Positions 38,750-51,500 of a stretch of DNA of 64,000 nt are shown one piece after another. The notes below the pieces were generated by a model, which did no database searches, had not been told where the DNA came from, and saw nothing but the letters and a program-made list of their open reading frames with translations. Where the stretch lies: contig RSEE01000007.1 of assembly GCA_003971905.1 (NCBI GenBank), positions 992,001 to 1,056,000 on the forward strand, written 5' to 3'. The first letter of the stretch is position 1; the number at the start of each line of letters is the position of its first letter. Made by a program: the position numbers and the translations under genes. Source of the stretch: Moniliella sp. 'wahieum'. Taxonomy: Eukaryota.

Positions 38750-40180
38750 CACGTGTGTAGGCGGGGAAGAGATTGCGAAACTGCACCTGGTGGCAGGCGC
38801 CCTCTCACCCTCTGCCTAGTTCATGCGCCATACTTTTCTTCTTCTGGCGAAAATTGACTGGGCCCAAGGAGCAGGAAGCATACGGCTTGGGTGATAGATT
38901 ACCATGGCCTATTTTAGTCATGTCAGAATCATGCTCATCAGGAAGTTGGAAAAGAAGCCACTCACCATCAAAGCAAGCCAAATTGGTACCCCATCAAAGA
39001 CACACAGGTACCATTCATGACCGAAGAGGTAGAAGTTGTCAAACGCTCATCTCTGCTGCTCGATAGATGCACCGTACCAACAGGCAAATAGCAGCGAACA
39101 AAGAGGCGCCGGCATACGACGTGTCCCTTTGGTCCAGCGACCGTAAGAGACCAATGGGGCATCGTTGCCACTGGTAAGACCAAGCGTTCCTTCACTGGTA
39201 TAATTCGTGTAATGAGGTGAGTTGTTGTCCTCTTCAAGAACCGCTAAAGGCGAGACGTGGCGGTTCTCCTCAATCTGGTAGTTACGGTAGTGGCGATACA
39301 GAAAGTCGCACAAGAGAACAGGACAGGTACAGGCATGTTACCACAACTTGCAATCCAACTCCTCCGAGAGCAATGTACATCCCAACCTTTCCTCCATTTC
39401 CTGATGATGACTGAAAGAGAAGACATTATCGTTAGTACAATGGAGCCCACGTATGCCGTAATACGAAAACACATCTTTCAAGGGCAGGATAACAAAAGAC
39501 ACACTGTTGGTTGACGACCCTCCAGCCGCACCTCCCCCACTCCCTGCACCACCAAGGAAAGAATGTCTAGAACTGTGAAGACAACGCAGGCACGTGTGAG
39601 TTTTGTCTGTTTTCAGGAATTGACCTGCCGTAGCAACAGGAAAGGCATCACAAACGTACTAAGGAATGTGGTGAGGTACACCTTTTTCTTGACCCGGGAG
39701 AACTCATACCCGACACACGCCATGATATGGTCAAACCCAATGTAATTCGAAGCACTGAGGAAGACGGGGGCAATGATGAGGATCACCATCTGGCCAATGT
39801 ACGAATAGGTCAGAAATGGGCGGTATTGGCCTTGCAGTCGAAACGCCCATCCTACGATTTCCGCTAGGGAACAGATGGATGTGAAGATCATAAACCGACC
39901 CCGTGGCCAACGAATGAACCCTTGAGGCACCAGCGCCGCTGAGGCTACCGAAAGAGTATGACAAAGACGATCGACGCAGAGAGCGCTGTTGAGAGGAATG
40001 ACAGTCTGTCAGCATGAAGATCAAATGCGATAGGAGAAGGGGGTTGCTTTGGGGTAAGGGGGGTGAAATGGGGAATTTTGACTGACATGGAATAAACCCA
40101 TATGACGTTTCATCAACGGAGCACGGCTGGTTGGGGCGGGGATCGACAAAGACGCAGTTGATGTCTGTTGAGTTGGTCAT
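38750..40180 (-). CDS. RTA1/Rsb1-family 7-TM lipid-translocating exporter-like protein (several introns and frameshifts; 3' end approximate)
   Basis: SYGFIP, AEIVGWAFRL, YIGQMVILIIAPVFLSASNY, LVRCIYRAAE, HEWYLCVFDG and IYHPSRML match the RTA1 family pattern. Confidence 0.85.
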
Positions 40181-42451
40181 CGCGGCAGGTACAACGACGT
40201 TTGAAGATGACGGGGGATGGTGTAAATTCAAAGCAGAAGTAGGGATGGATTGTGGTGTTTATAGTAACGCGGCACGTGTTTTGTTATACTAGGCCACAAA
40301 GAGATACGCCTCCATAGTACTACAACCAGTATAGAATGCAAGGGGCCTGCGCTTCGTGGTATACGATAGCCGCCCATTGCAAGGGAGGAGTCTGCACACC
40401 GAAGCAGTACAACGCCACAGAGAGGGTGGACGGCTGGTGGCAGAAACTGCGATACGCACTGCGAAGTTGCGAGCGGCTGCGACAACGCTGCGACCTGCGT
40501 TTCGGCCCGTGCTGCGGTAGCAGGTATACAAGTCCTCGGACCTCCGGCCGATCAAGTGTGCTGTGTGGCGTCCAATTGTCTTGTGCGAGGCGGCCCCGTT
40601 CCGCCTCTGTTCCGCCCCTCCTTATTGCGCCCCCGTTCCCCTGATTGAACATTGAATCCCCATCTCTTCCCCTGCCTTGCTCGCCTCCCACAAGTCTCCT
40701 CCCCTTCTCGATCTGACTCGTCTCAGGTCTCATCGAGCATCCGTTCCTAGATACAAGCGAGTACACGTAGCCTGCCTGGTACTGGTAAAAACTTGATGGG
40801 TGACCGAGATGAGCGGTGGTCCTTCAGATGGAGCTTGAAGCATGAAGCTTGAAGCTAGCTTGAAGAGAAGGAACCGCGGACCCCACCGAAGCCGGAAAGA
40901 AATCCTGTCACGAACTATAAGCCGACGGAGCCCGAAATGTCGGAAACATAAACCGGAGCGGAGGGAAAGGGCAGGGGCCCGCAGAAGCGGAAATGACTAA
41001 GGCTGGAATTTGTCCAGGAGCCATATGCATCCAGCGCTGCTCAACACATCAGTGCCCCGGGCAATGCTCGGGCTCGGGCTCCTGCTCCAGCATGTGCTGT
41101 GGCCGGCGCCGGGTGCGCTCTCGAGGCTCCACCGTGTTCGCATCGAACCTGGCCCGGGTTCCCGGATGGGCAGGAGCGGGTGGCTCTCCTGGCCTGCTGT
41201 CGGCCTCTTCAATCCTGAGGATGAAACAGCCTGGGCGGGCGTTGGGATTGTACCCAACTGATTATTGGAGGTTCGGATGTGCGAGGGAACAAGACCAGCC
41301 GTTGGCGCATGGGGGGGGAGTGTAGCTGGACGGGACAGTTGTAGGGACTGGAGCAGCGACAACTGGGGGGGGGGGGGAGCATGTGGCCAAAGGCGACATG
41401 CAAAAGTAAACTGGAACGCAGAAAGGAGCGAGCTACCTTGGGTTGGTAAGACGGGGATGGTCAATGCCGGGGCGAAAGAGAGCTGAAGGGGAGGGCGCGG
41501 GGACAAGAAAAATCAGAAGAGCGTGACAACATGTTGGCAAGCGTTTCGGGAGGGAGGATGGCGGGGGGAGATGGATCTTGTTCACACAACCCACGGGTTT
41601 TATACACCCCCTACGGCCATGTGTGGGGTAGTGTTGCGCCGTGGAAGCAAAGCACTGTATTCGAATAGCAGCCCTCTAACTAGAGGGCTGATCCAACGGT
41701 AGTAGCAATGAGCGGAAACGATGTTACGAGTAGAGCGAAGTGCGTGGAGGCGGAAAGGAGATACAGGCAACTAGCACAGGAAGAAGAGGAGAGAAAGGAA
41801 AGTGGGCTACGCACGTAGGCCAGGCTGAGCGGACGCTGAGCAGTGGCCCCGTGCGGATGCGGATATGGCGCCAGCTATAGGCAGGCTATCATCCCTCCAC
41901 GCCATATCACCATCGCCCAGTACAGTCCAGCCCACTGCAGTGCAGTTCACCACCGAAACCATCACAACTCTTGCCCCCACCTTCTTTCTCCCTTCCCTCC
42001 CACCGACGCTTCTTACCTTGCTCTGCCACGCACATGCTATCACTACCGCCTTCCCCGCGTCTTCGTCAAGCAGCTGTCTCCACCATCATCGAAGCAGGAT
42101 TCCATTCGGTTGTCCTCAGTCCTTCTATTGCTCTGGCTTCATTTCACACTCTGACTACTAGTTCTTTGGACTTGACATTACTACCTGTTACTGCCTTGTC
42201 CCTTGGGCGAATCGTTAAGGATTGGGGTGTCTCTTTCAATGATTACGCGTTCAACTGTACTCTTATTCGCAAATTGACTACGCAGCCATATGGAGGCATG
42301 TGTTAGGTGTGAACTGAAGATAAGAAATTCAACGGAACAATCGAACACTGCGGGCAAAGCCAGTACCCCGTATTTGTTGGGAGACTTGAACTCTGCTTGC
42401 CTCTAGCTGGTGACGACTTCTGTGGAAGTACCAGCTTGAATAGGTGTGGCC

Positions 42452-43597
42452 TTAAGCCGCCTTAATGGCTGTAATAGCGGGAGCAATCCCATCGACGGGC
42501 AGAATGTGGCGTGTTCCCTCAATGATCTCTTTCTGGTGCTTCGCAATGAGGCGCTGTTTCATCGGGAGTAACCAGATCGACGTCTTTGTCGTGGGTGAGA
42601 TACTGATTGGTGTAGTTGTGCACGAAGTCATTGGGGATCACTCCAAGACGCTTGCAGTAGCCGGTGACCTTGTCAAAGTCACGCTTCTCGCAGTAAAGAT
42701 CCTTACGCAGATAAACGAAAGACCGCTCAAAGATACGGTCTTGCAACGGTGTGTCCATAACCTTCTTGCTCATCTTGAACTCGGCCCAAGTCCCCACCGG
42801 GTCTGCTTGGATCTCATCCGTAGCCCGCTTCACCGCGCGAAGGAAAGCCTTGGCTTTCTCTGGGTTCTTAGAGAGCCACTGAGCATTTCCAATGTACAGG
42901 ATCGAGCAGAAACAGCAGCAGCCCAAGCAAGCCAACTCGTCGATCCGAAGCATGAAAGCATCCGTACGCGGCCGACCGTTCGCAACACACCACTCCTCCA
43001 GCTCAGTTTGCTGCACATTTTCGAGTCCCACCCCCGCGTCAATCTCCCCCGCGATGATGTAGCGCGCAACGTTCATGCCAACTTTCACGGCAGTGTAATC
43101 GGAAGGGGTCATGCCATAGTGCGCCGTCAACTCGTCCAGCTGGATCTTGCCAAACTGTCCCACGTACCCAATTTTCTTGCCGCGCAGCGATTGGAAGTCG
43201 GACGTAATGCCCCGACCTTTAATGCTGACAATCCCCGTAATGGGCTCGTCGAGCAACGTGCCAATGGCTTGGATGGGTGCTTGGGCAGCGATGGTATGGA
43301 TCATCGCCTTAAACCCGAGCGGAGCATACCCACTCGCAATCAGCTCTGTCACGTCGCTCACATTGTGAGGTTCAAGGATGGAAATCTTGATCCCTTCTTC
43401 TTCAAAGTAGCCACGATCATTTGCACGGTACAAGGGCATGTGGTATGGCGCAGGCTGGAAAAGGGGGAGATCATATGTCAGACAATGAGGTAAGAGCAGA
43501 AGATGTTAGTGAGAGCAGTAAACTGATGGAAGTACTGACCGTCCAATTAAGGGAAAAGGGATTTTTCTGTGTGAGTATTAGCAGGAGGCATAGGCAT
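42452..43597 (-). CDS. THI5: HMP-phosphate synthase of thiamine biosynthesis, THI5/NMT1 family (intron 43455-43539; frameshifts near both ends)
   Basis: LNW.PAPYHMPLY, GFKAMIHT (PLP Lys and substrate His), GTLLDEP.TG, GKKIGYVGQFGKIQLDELT, RIDELACLGCCCFCSILYI; TATAAA upstream near 43698-43703. Confidence 0.97.
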
Positions 43598-45510
43598 GTT
43601 GATAAAGGGCGGTGAGAGAGACGACTATTGTCGATAACGCGGATTGGGGGAAACAGAAACGGATGATGGGAGGCACGGGTGTCCAGGTGAAGTGCCCGTT
43701 TATATTGCCTCTTGTGGGAGGGAAATGTTTATCCTGACTACTTGATGTAAGTTATGCTTGGTGGCCTGTGCACACAGCTGTGGTATCACACAAATAGAAA
43801 CACCTCCAGCACCCAGCCACAGCTCCTCAAGAACGGACATGTATACGATACGCACGAGCCACGTTCATGTGGACTGGAAGGTGCGTTGGACTGCACGTTC
43901 CCTATATGTTGTTAATACTGAATAAGCCGTTGGGTCTTGAGTGCTGAGTACTATCCCAACCGTGTGGCGATGTGACTGGCTATCCCAAACAAAAAAGGAT
44001 CTGAACTTCTTACTCCTCGATCCCTTTTGGGGGGCGGTATAGACACACGCAACAATCTCGGTTAAATTTTGGCGTTATCGACCGCCATCGCCCACACAGC
44101 CTGTATCTCATCTACCGCGGATGAATACTTCCACGGCATGAGCCTGATTGTATCAGATACTCGTGCAGGGAATGTCCCTCCTTAAATTTACAGGGGGAGA
44201 GGTCTCTTTGTGTTTGCGCGGGGTTTCATAATAGTCTTCTCGCCTCTCCACAGCCGGGGGGTGCTTTGGTGTGGCCAAGGACGTTGACAGTGTGCTGTAC
44301 GTAGCGTGTGCTTTGACTTTCCCTCGGAGAAGGGACTTGTGGCGTGCGCTATATAGAGTGTCTGTCCGCCGAGATGACTGCGGTCCTGGTCGTGTGCGTG
44401 TCATCTGTCATCTGAGGCATGTGTCGACGACATTGGCGATTACCTTGATTACCGGTTACCGGCCGGTTACCGGTTACCACCGCAAAGACATCCCTTTTCC
44501 TCAGTGCCCACCCACTAGCTATGAAGCTGGCAACGTGATGTGGTTAACTCCGTCCTTTATATGACTCACTCGAGGACTGTGTGGTATTAGATCTTAGAGG
44601 AAACTTCTTCCCCTCTCTCGCCCTTGCTGGTCTCCGCCCCCTCCGTGGCGAGATGATGTCCGCATTCAAACTTCGCCAAAATGTTCCGAGTTTCACCCGG
44701 CTCCCATCGGCCATGGAGCATGAACAGTGTGGCATTAGTATAGCCATAAGCTCGTTTTGAATCAACAATACCACAGAGGGAGCACCGAGGAACCAGAGTT
44801 TGCCCCTATTAAACCTAGGAGGTGCACATTTACATGGCTCTTCTACACAAGTGAAAAGTCCGCATGATCCGTGCGCATACAGTTCATCAGAAGTAGGAAT
44901 TATCTAAGCGTGTACTCTATACGTTTCAGATATGACAGCCCGCGTATATGTGGTGAAACGAAGCTTGCAGGCCCTTCTCTGTTGAATGTGTCGAAATACG
45001 CAGTACAGAGAAGTGGAAACGTGTTGGTGAGGGCTACGCTGGAAGAGCCATGGAAGCCCTTGATGAAGGCCACGAGTTAAACTGCACTTTAACCCCCCAA
45101 GGGGGGTATTAAAGTACATCTTCCTCTGGTTGCAACCACACTTCTGGGCATATCGCCGACGAGCCGCACTTTTGGTTGCACGTTTTGCGTGGCAGCAACC
45201 CTACTCGCATGACAGCAACCCTACTCACAGAATGAACGAAACACCCGATCGACTATCTCAAGCTGTGGAGGTAAGACAGACCGCAACGGAAAATAGCGCG
45301 CTTATTAGGACCTGCCTTGCATAGATGTTTTCGCGGGAGGCTCTACTCCAGAATGAGCACTCGATGTATCTCATTTTTTGCCACTGCTGACGTCGTCTGT
45401 ACTTGTTGACAATGCCATTGACGACGCTCGAACACATAGAAGCACCCTGCCATCTGTTTCTGCTTTTGCCCAGATTTTTTAAATACAGAGAGCACACTTG
45501 CATGTGGGTG

Positions 45511-48500
45511 TTAGAGCAATGCTTGCCACCCTGTTCTCAGACGCCGTCAGTACTCTGTCTTCTTCAAAAAGCCGATGACAACATACCGGAGAAAAGTACG
45601 GCCAAGTTTTGATCCAAGCGCGCCTGCTGTATCAGCTCGTTGACAGAGTATTCCACGCTCAGACTGGTGGACAGCTTGCTCAATACCGCAGCCAACGCTC
45701 GGTCAGCCGCCAACTCGGCTGTCGACGTGACTGCCAACTTTCCTACGCCCACGTCGGACACAGAAGCCGTTGATGCCCATGGTGCAGCGCTCGTCCGCCT
45801 GGACCGACGTCGCCCACGGGCATCCAAGTCTGGTTCGTCTTGTAGCTGTTGCAAGGCCTCAGGCCCAGCACCGTTAACAATCAAGTTTTCTCTCCGCTCG
45901 TTCTGCAATACCTTGACTGGGTTGGAGGTCCATGTGAACAAAGGGTCGTATTTGAACACCTCAAGGATAGTCTTGATCAGCTCCGTTCCCTGGCGCAGAA
46001 CACGTAAGGTTTCCTGGCTGCATTGGCGGAAGGCTCCGTCCACCCCGGGCAAACCCAGCCCATCAACCATGTCCCTCGTCAGCCGGAAGGGGACTGTCTC
46101 AGGGAAGCGCAAAAGTTTTCCCTGGTTGAAAGCCACCCCAAAATCGATGTGCACCAGCTCGCCCCCATTCATGTCAATCAAGATGTTGGACACGTGCCGA
46201 TCTCCGATACCCAGCACATGTCCCACAATCGAGGTGGTAGCCAAGCTACGCGAGTAGGCCAAGCGACTGGCGAACCATGCCATGGGCTCCTTGAATGTGT
46301 CTGTGAAAAAGTGACGAAATACAGGAGGAGGCGTTTGGCACAATCCCTGTACACTTTGATCCGCTTCTCGGGCTCGTACGCCATTGCCTTGTGGATCGCC
46401 TGGCGACCGTCCGAAGGGGTCATTTCCTTTTTCCCAGGATTGTGATATGCGAAGAAGAGGTTAACTTTCCGTCCAGGCAACGGACAGAGAGGGAACATAC
46501 TGTATGTGGAGGTTGGTCAAGACTCCGTAAAGTGGTTGGGTATTGTCTACAAACTGAAGCAGGCCCCATCGTTCTCCCAAGGGTCGGACGATGTATGTTC
46601 GAATTCTCAGCTTGCGAGGGCGGGTGCGAGCGTCCTTGATGAGAAGACGGTTTACTAAACGGAAGACTTGTTGCATTAAAGCATCTTGGCGAAGGTCGTC
46701 CTTGTCCTTGAAGAGTTGCTTGTAGAACTTGCCGTCGCTCCCGACACACGTGACGATCTTGGGAAGGTGCACGCCACCTGAGGTGGTAAAAGTGGGCAAG
46801 TAGGAATGAATCGAGACAAACTTGGCATATCGCCCCGTCTTGTCGATAGGGACTTCGACCGTGGCAACAGGTGCGTCCATTTCACGCAGCCCTGACAGCC
46901 GAATCTCACTTGGCTTAGGCATCCGCAGTTCCCCCTTCTTGATCGCACCACCAGAGTAATACTTCGATCCTTGTGAGCGAAGATTATATTGTGCCCACTC
47001 CACGTACGCGTCACACGCGAGCGCCATTGCCGACAACTGAGCTTGCCGTTGCGGTTCGGGGTGCACCATAAGTTGCCCCCAAATATCGTCCGCTTCCGCG
47101 GCTCGCAAGAGCTGAGAGAGCGACCCCTTGGCTCTGCAGTGATTGAGCCATCCCATTTCGACGGAATTTCCATTGCCGCCTCGCCATTCTCCATTCCCAC
47201 ACTGCGCATGGCATAGAGAGCGTAGAGTGTCTGGAAGGGGTGGTCTCGACACATGCGGTACATAGTCTGGCGGATGAGGGCATGGAAGACGTCCCTGGTG
47301 TTGGGCTGAGTGGATGAGGTACTACTCAGACGGGCCGAGAATTGATGGGCCAGCTCGACAAACTTCCACGAGGGAATCTCCTCCAACACACTCTCGAGCG
47401 TCTCATTGAGCCGCTGGTCGTCGGCATGCTCAAACCAAAGTGATGTAAATCGTAATAGCGACTCGTCGTACAGGTCCGACGTGATCACTGTCTGGGCAGA
47501 CATGATCATCGCATGCTTGAGGAGCTCGCGCTGGGTCGCTTCCCACGTAACCAGGCGACGCTTATCTTCGTTGAGCGTAATCTTGGCCTCGTTACGAGCA
47601 AGCATGAGCGTGCGTAATTCGTCTTCATCCATCTGCGACTTGTTCAGTGCTTCGTTCTGAGCCAATTCCTCCGTTCGCTTGGAAATGAACGACTGCAGCT
47701 GACGCGCATTGGTGTCCGTCTGACCGCGCTTGTACTGGCTAAAGGCGAATGAGGCAAAGCGATGGTAAATGAGCGACTGCGCCTGAGGGTCCAGCCCTCC
47801 GCGTTCAATATACCCGATCGCCTTGACAAAGTACTCCTCCTTGATTACTGACGGCTGCTCTGACCTTGCCTCCGAATGCCACATGGCCTTTTCAATCTGT
47901 CAGTATATCACTCGGCAAAGTGAAAGGGGGAAACGGGTTGGACGCACCATTTGCGTCAGAGCATCCCCTATCTGCTCTGCCGTCGCGTTGCTTGTCTTGG
48001 CGTCAAGGCTGGAGGCAAGAAATTTCTGGGCATCGGCATGTTGGCCATAAGCCCAGAGCATGTTGGCAAATTCGAGGGTGGAGGCGAACTGTTTCTCCAT
48101 CACCGCCTGCTCTAGCTGCTGTACAGTCTTGTTCATCGTCAGGCTCACTTGCAGTCGGTTCTGCTCCCGAGCCAAGCGCGAAATATCTCGACAGAGAGCA
48201 GACTCGACTTCCACAGCTCGGCGCACCTCCTCATCGTCCCATCCGCCAATCGACATCTTGACGCGCTGTGATCGGACACTCTGAATGAGTGAGCGGCGCA
48301 CTTGGGCCGTCTGTAATTGCGCTGCGGGCCTGAGAAAATGTCAGCGCTTCGGACTGAGGCAAGGGGGGAAGAGACGTACTCTATATCCTTGACCAGATCG
48401 ACCGCATCTGCGGCCAAATAGACCTTCTGCATCACACCGAGCGAGGCCATGGACAAAGGTTGGGCGCGTGACTCGATCAACCACCTCTGCACCTCACCTA

Positions 48501-51500
48501 CCCCCATCATTTCCAGACAGGTATCGTTCAGTGCCTGCGACGGTTCGGGGGGGAGCTTGGCCATGCCAGAGAAGTGCTGATTGAGCCCAATCGACTTGTG
48601 GGATCACCTCCCCACGGGTGGGGAAGGCATTCAGGCTCCGCAGTGCCGTGTAGAGACACGCGCCGTCCCAGTCATGGGCGGCTCAGCATCGTTCCACGCC
48701 GAGGGAGGTCCCAATGGGATGCTTGCCATGCAATACGTACGTTTTGCCCCGCCTGTCTCTTCCCACGGCAAGCCCTGCAGGGGACGGGTACTCAGGTGTG
48801 CCCCACTCGGTCCGTCAGTAGCTTGATGCCAATGAATGGAAGCCGAGGTGGCGCAGTGGCTCGGGGGCGAAGCGAGCGGGCGCCTACGAGCTGGGTCTGC
48901 TGCCGCACCTCGTGGTCGGCTGCTGTGATCTCGAAGGCGATTTGCCAGCGGCCTTCGTGCCGCATCGTCTCAAACAGTCCGTCACTCCGTCCAGGCAGGG
49001 GGGCGAGCGAATAGAAACCATCCGGATCGTCCACGTTTTGGTAAATCACATGCAGCAGTTCCATCTCGAGGTCGAATTGGCGCTGTCGTCGTGTGGGCGA
49101 GGCACGGTCATGGTTGATCTCGACGAAGAGGAGGGCGGCGGTGTACAGCCCCCCCTGCAATGCGCGCCGCGCAAGCATGATGTAGTCCAAGTCGAGCGCA
49201 AAGCGGGTGGTGTCGTACAGACGCAGGTAGAGCATGCACTGGCAAGCAACGCATGGATGCGTACGTCCAGCTCATCGTTTTCTAGCAGTCGCGTGAAGTA
49301 TTCGGCGATTTCTTTGCCTTGCTTCGGCGAGCGCCCCGACTGTGATTTGCGATCGTCGATCAGGAGCTGCAGAACCAGGGGAGAAAACAATTTCTCGGCT
49401 AAGCCAGGATGGCCTTCCAACAAGGGGGCAGGCGGGAGAAGAACTGGCTGGAGGGCGAGACGAATATCAAGGCCCGCGACATCCCCTCGGCCATGCCGCT
49501 AACCCAAGGAGCGAATCCTGTCAGGGCCAGGTTCCAGCCTTGCTGGAACACGTGTTTCAACTCCGTCGGCTCGGGGGGGGTAGCGTAGTTCTAGCAAAGT
49601 TGCTAAGCAATCCAACTCGCTCTCAGAAGAGGTTTCCCCGTTCGAGCGCAGTTGGGCTAGCTCAGAATCTGATAGCTGGCTGACGAGCGCACGCACGGCA
49701 AAGAAGAACCTTTCATGGGGGTCTGTTGGCAGTTTCCTCCAAAACGTCAGTATGGATGAGAGGATGGGTTGGAGGCTGGCGGGGTCATCAGAGCGCTCAA
49801 GCGGCTGGTCGATGCCGTCCGAGGAAATGCGGCTCCAAATTTCCGCCATAGGGGTGACAAACTTCCCACCACAGGCAAGTACAATCTGTGAGAAGGTGTA
49901 CCCCCATTTGGCGGCGTCATGTGGATTCTGGGCCCCGCGCGAGGCAAGCTGTCGCTTCAGCATCCAGAGTCCTTGCTGTGCAAAGCGTTGGATCCCAACC
50001 TCCTTCATCCCGTCTACTGCATCGAGAATGTCCTTGAGCGCCTTGGTGTTGATCATAAGGTTGGGGAAGTTGTGCATCGACCGAACGAGCCTGGACAGCG
50101 AGATCTTAGCTTTTCCATTGACCTTTACAAGGCGGGAGAGCGAGTCGGGCCAAAATAAGAGGAGTTGCATCGCCGTTTCACATAACATTGGGGGTTGCGA
50201 GCGACAGGCATCCCCCACTAACCCTGTCAGGTGTTCCACTGCTTTGTTCGCCATGTCGCGATGGGCATGCCGCAGTGGTCCATCGACCAAAAAGCCAGCA
50301 TCAACCAGCGAGGTCAGCCAGGAAAGGAAGATATGGGACGAGTCGTTCGTTACCTCCTTCAGGTCGAAGGGAATGACCCAAAGAATGTACAGCAAGGGAA
50401 AGATGATCGGAGCCAAGCTTGTGTCCGAGAGGAGTGGCACGCCCCTCCGTACGATCGTATCAAACAAGATGGGGTTTCCTCGCAGGGCCGTTTTGCATAG
50501 TGAGGCGTAGACCGGGATGACTCGGGCGAGCTGAACCCGCTGGTCCGTCATCTTGGTCTCGGCGAGGGTGTTAAAGAGGTGCTGGAGGACTTGGTAGCAA
50601 CACGACCGACTGAACACTCCTCCCTCCAACATGTTGTCGAGCAGCAAAAGGGCGTCCACCAAACAATCGATGTCCAACGATGGACGACTGGCCGCACCTA
50701 GCACAATCTTGTCGGGCAAGCCGTCAAAGGCGACCAGGTTGCGGAGAAATTCGAGCACATCGGTCCCCTTGCGTGCCACGGCAATGGCCACATCATCGTT
50801 CTGACCCATGCTTGTTTCGATCGTCGTAAAGCGTAGAAGCCAAGCCACAATTTGGTCCTTATTCTCCTGGATTAGAGTCTCAATCTTCTTGCCCCACCGC
50901 CCTCGAACACCAGCCCGTCGCATGGCCTCTAGCGTCTCGTTCCAAGCCCGCATCTTGTCCGTACCGGGTGAAGTGCGGACATCAAAGATCCAATCGCCCA
51001 TCACCACTGCGAATAGAACCGGGTGGGCCATATCCAGGTACTGTTCTCTGGTTACGCCAGCTAGCTCACAGAGACGGTCGACTTGGTCCAAAGGAGGCTG
51101 GCTAATATCTTCAGCAGCAATGATGATCGCAACACCCATCATATCCAGATTGTCGCGTACCCCCTCTTGAGGCGTGGCATACCCCAACAGATCCCAGGGC
51201 ATGTCCAGCATGTCGAACCCACCCTCCAGCAGGAGGGACGAGAGATGAACAAGCTAAACGTTCTGAAAAGCTCGCGACTGTCGTTGAAGCCCAGTCGGGC
51301 AGACAGTCCCGTCAGGACGGCACGGATATAGGATCCGTACCCATCAAATCGGTAAGGCACGGCCAATATGGACGCAATCCCTCCGCGAAGTGCCATGGGC
51401 GCCACGATGGCGCTGTTGGCATACATGACAAAGGAGGTGAGCTGGCGCTCGAATATAGTGCTTAGCGCTTTCTTGGAATACGCACTGTAGGTGCCCCATT

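Noticed and set aside
40990..42300. Possible genes between the RTA1 gene and THI5
   Set aside because: Only short low-complexity ORFs with no recognisable motif or consistent splice model.
42465..43493. 342-aa + strand ORF antisense to THI5, and similar shadow ORFs over ARG1, the PAK kinase and TEL1
   Set aside because: Expected antisense open frames of GC3-biased coding sequence; no independent motifs.
43455..44500. TPP riboswitch in the THI5/NMT1 leader or intron, as in Neurospora NMT1
   Set aside because: No CTGAGA...ATACC...GAACTTGAT...GATAATACCAGCG-like core found by eye; the TATA box is only about 100 bp from the ATG and the 85-nt intron is ordinary. An Infernal scan with the Rfam TPP model would settle it.
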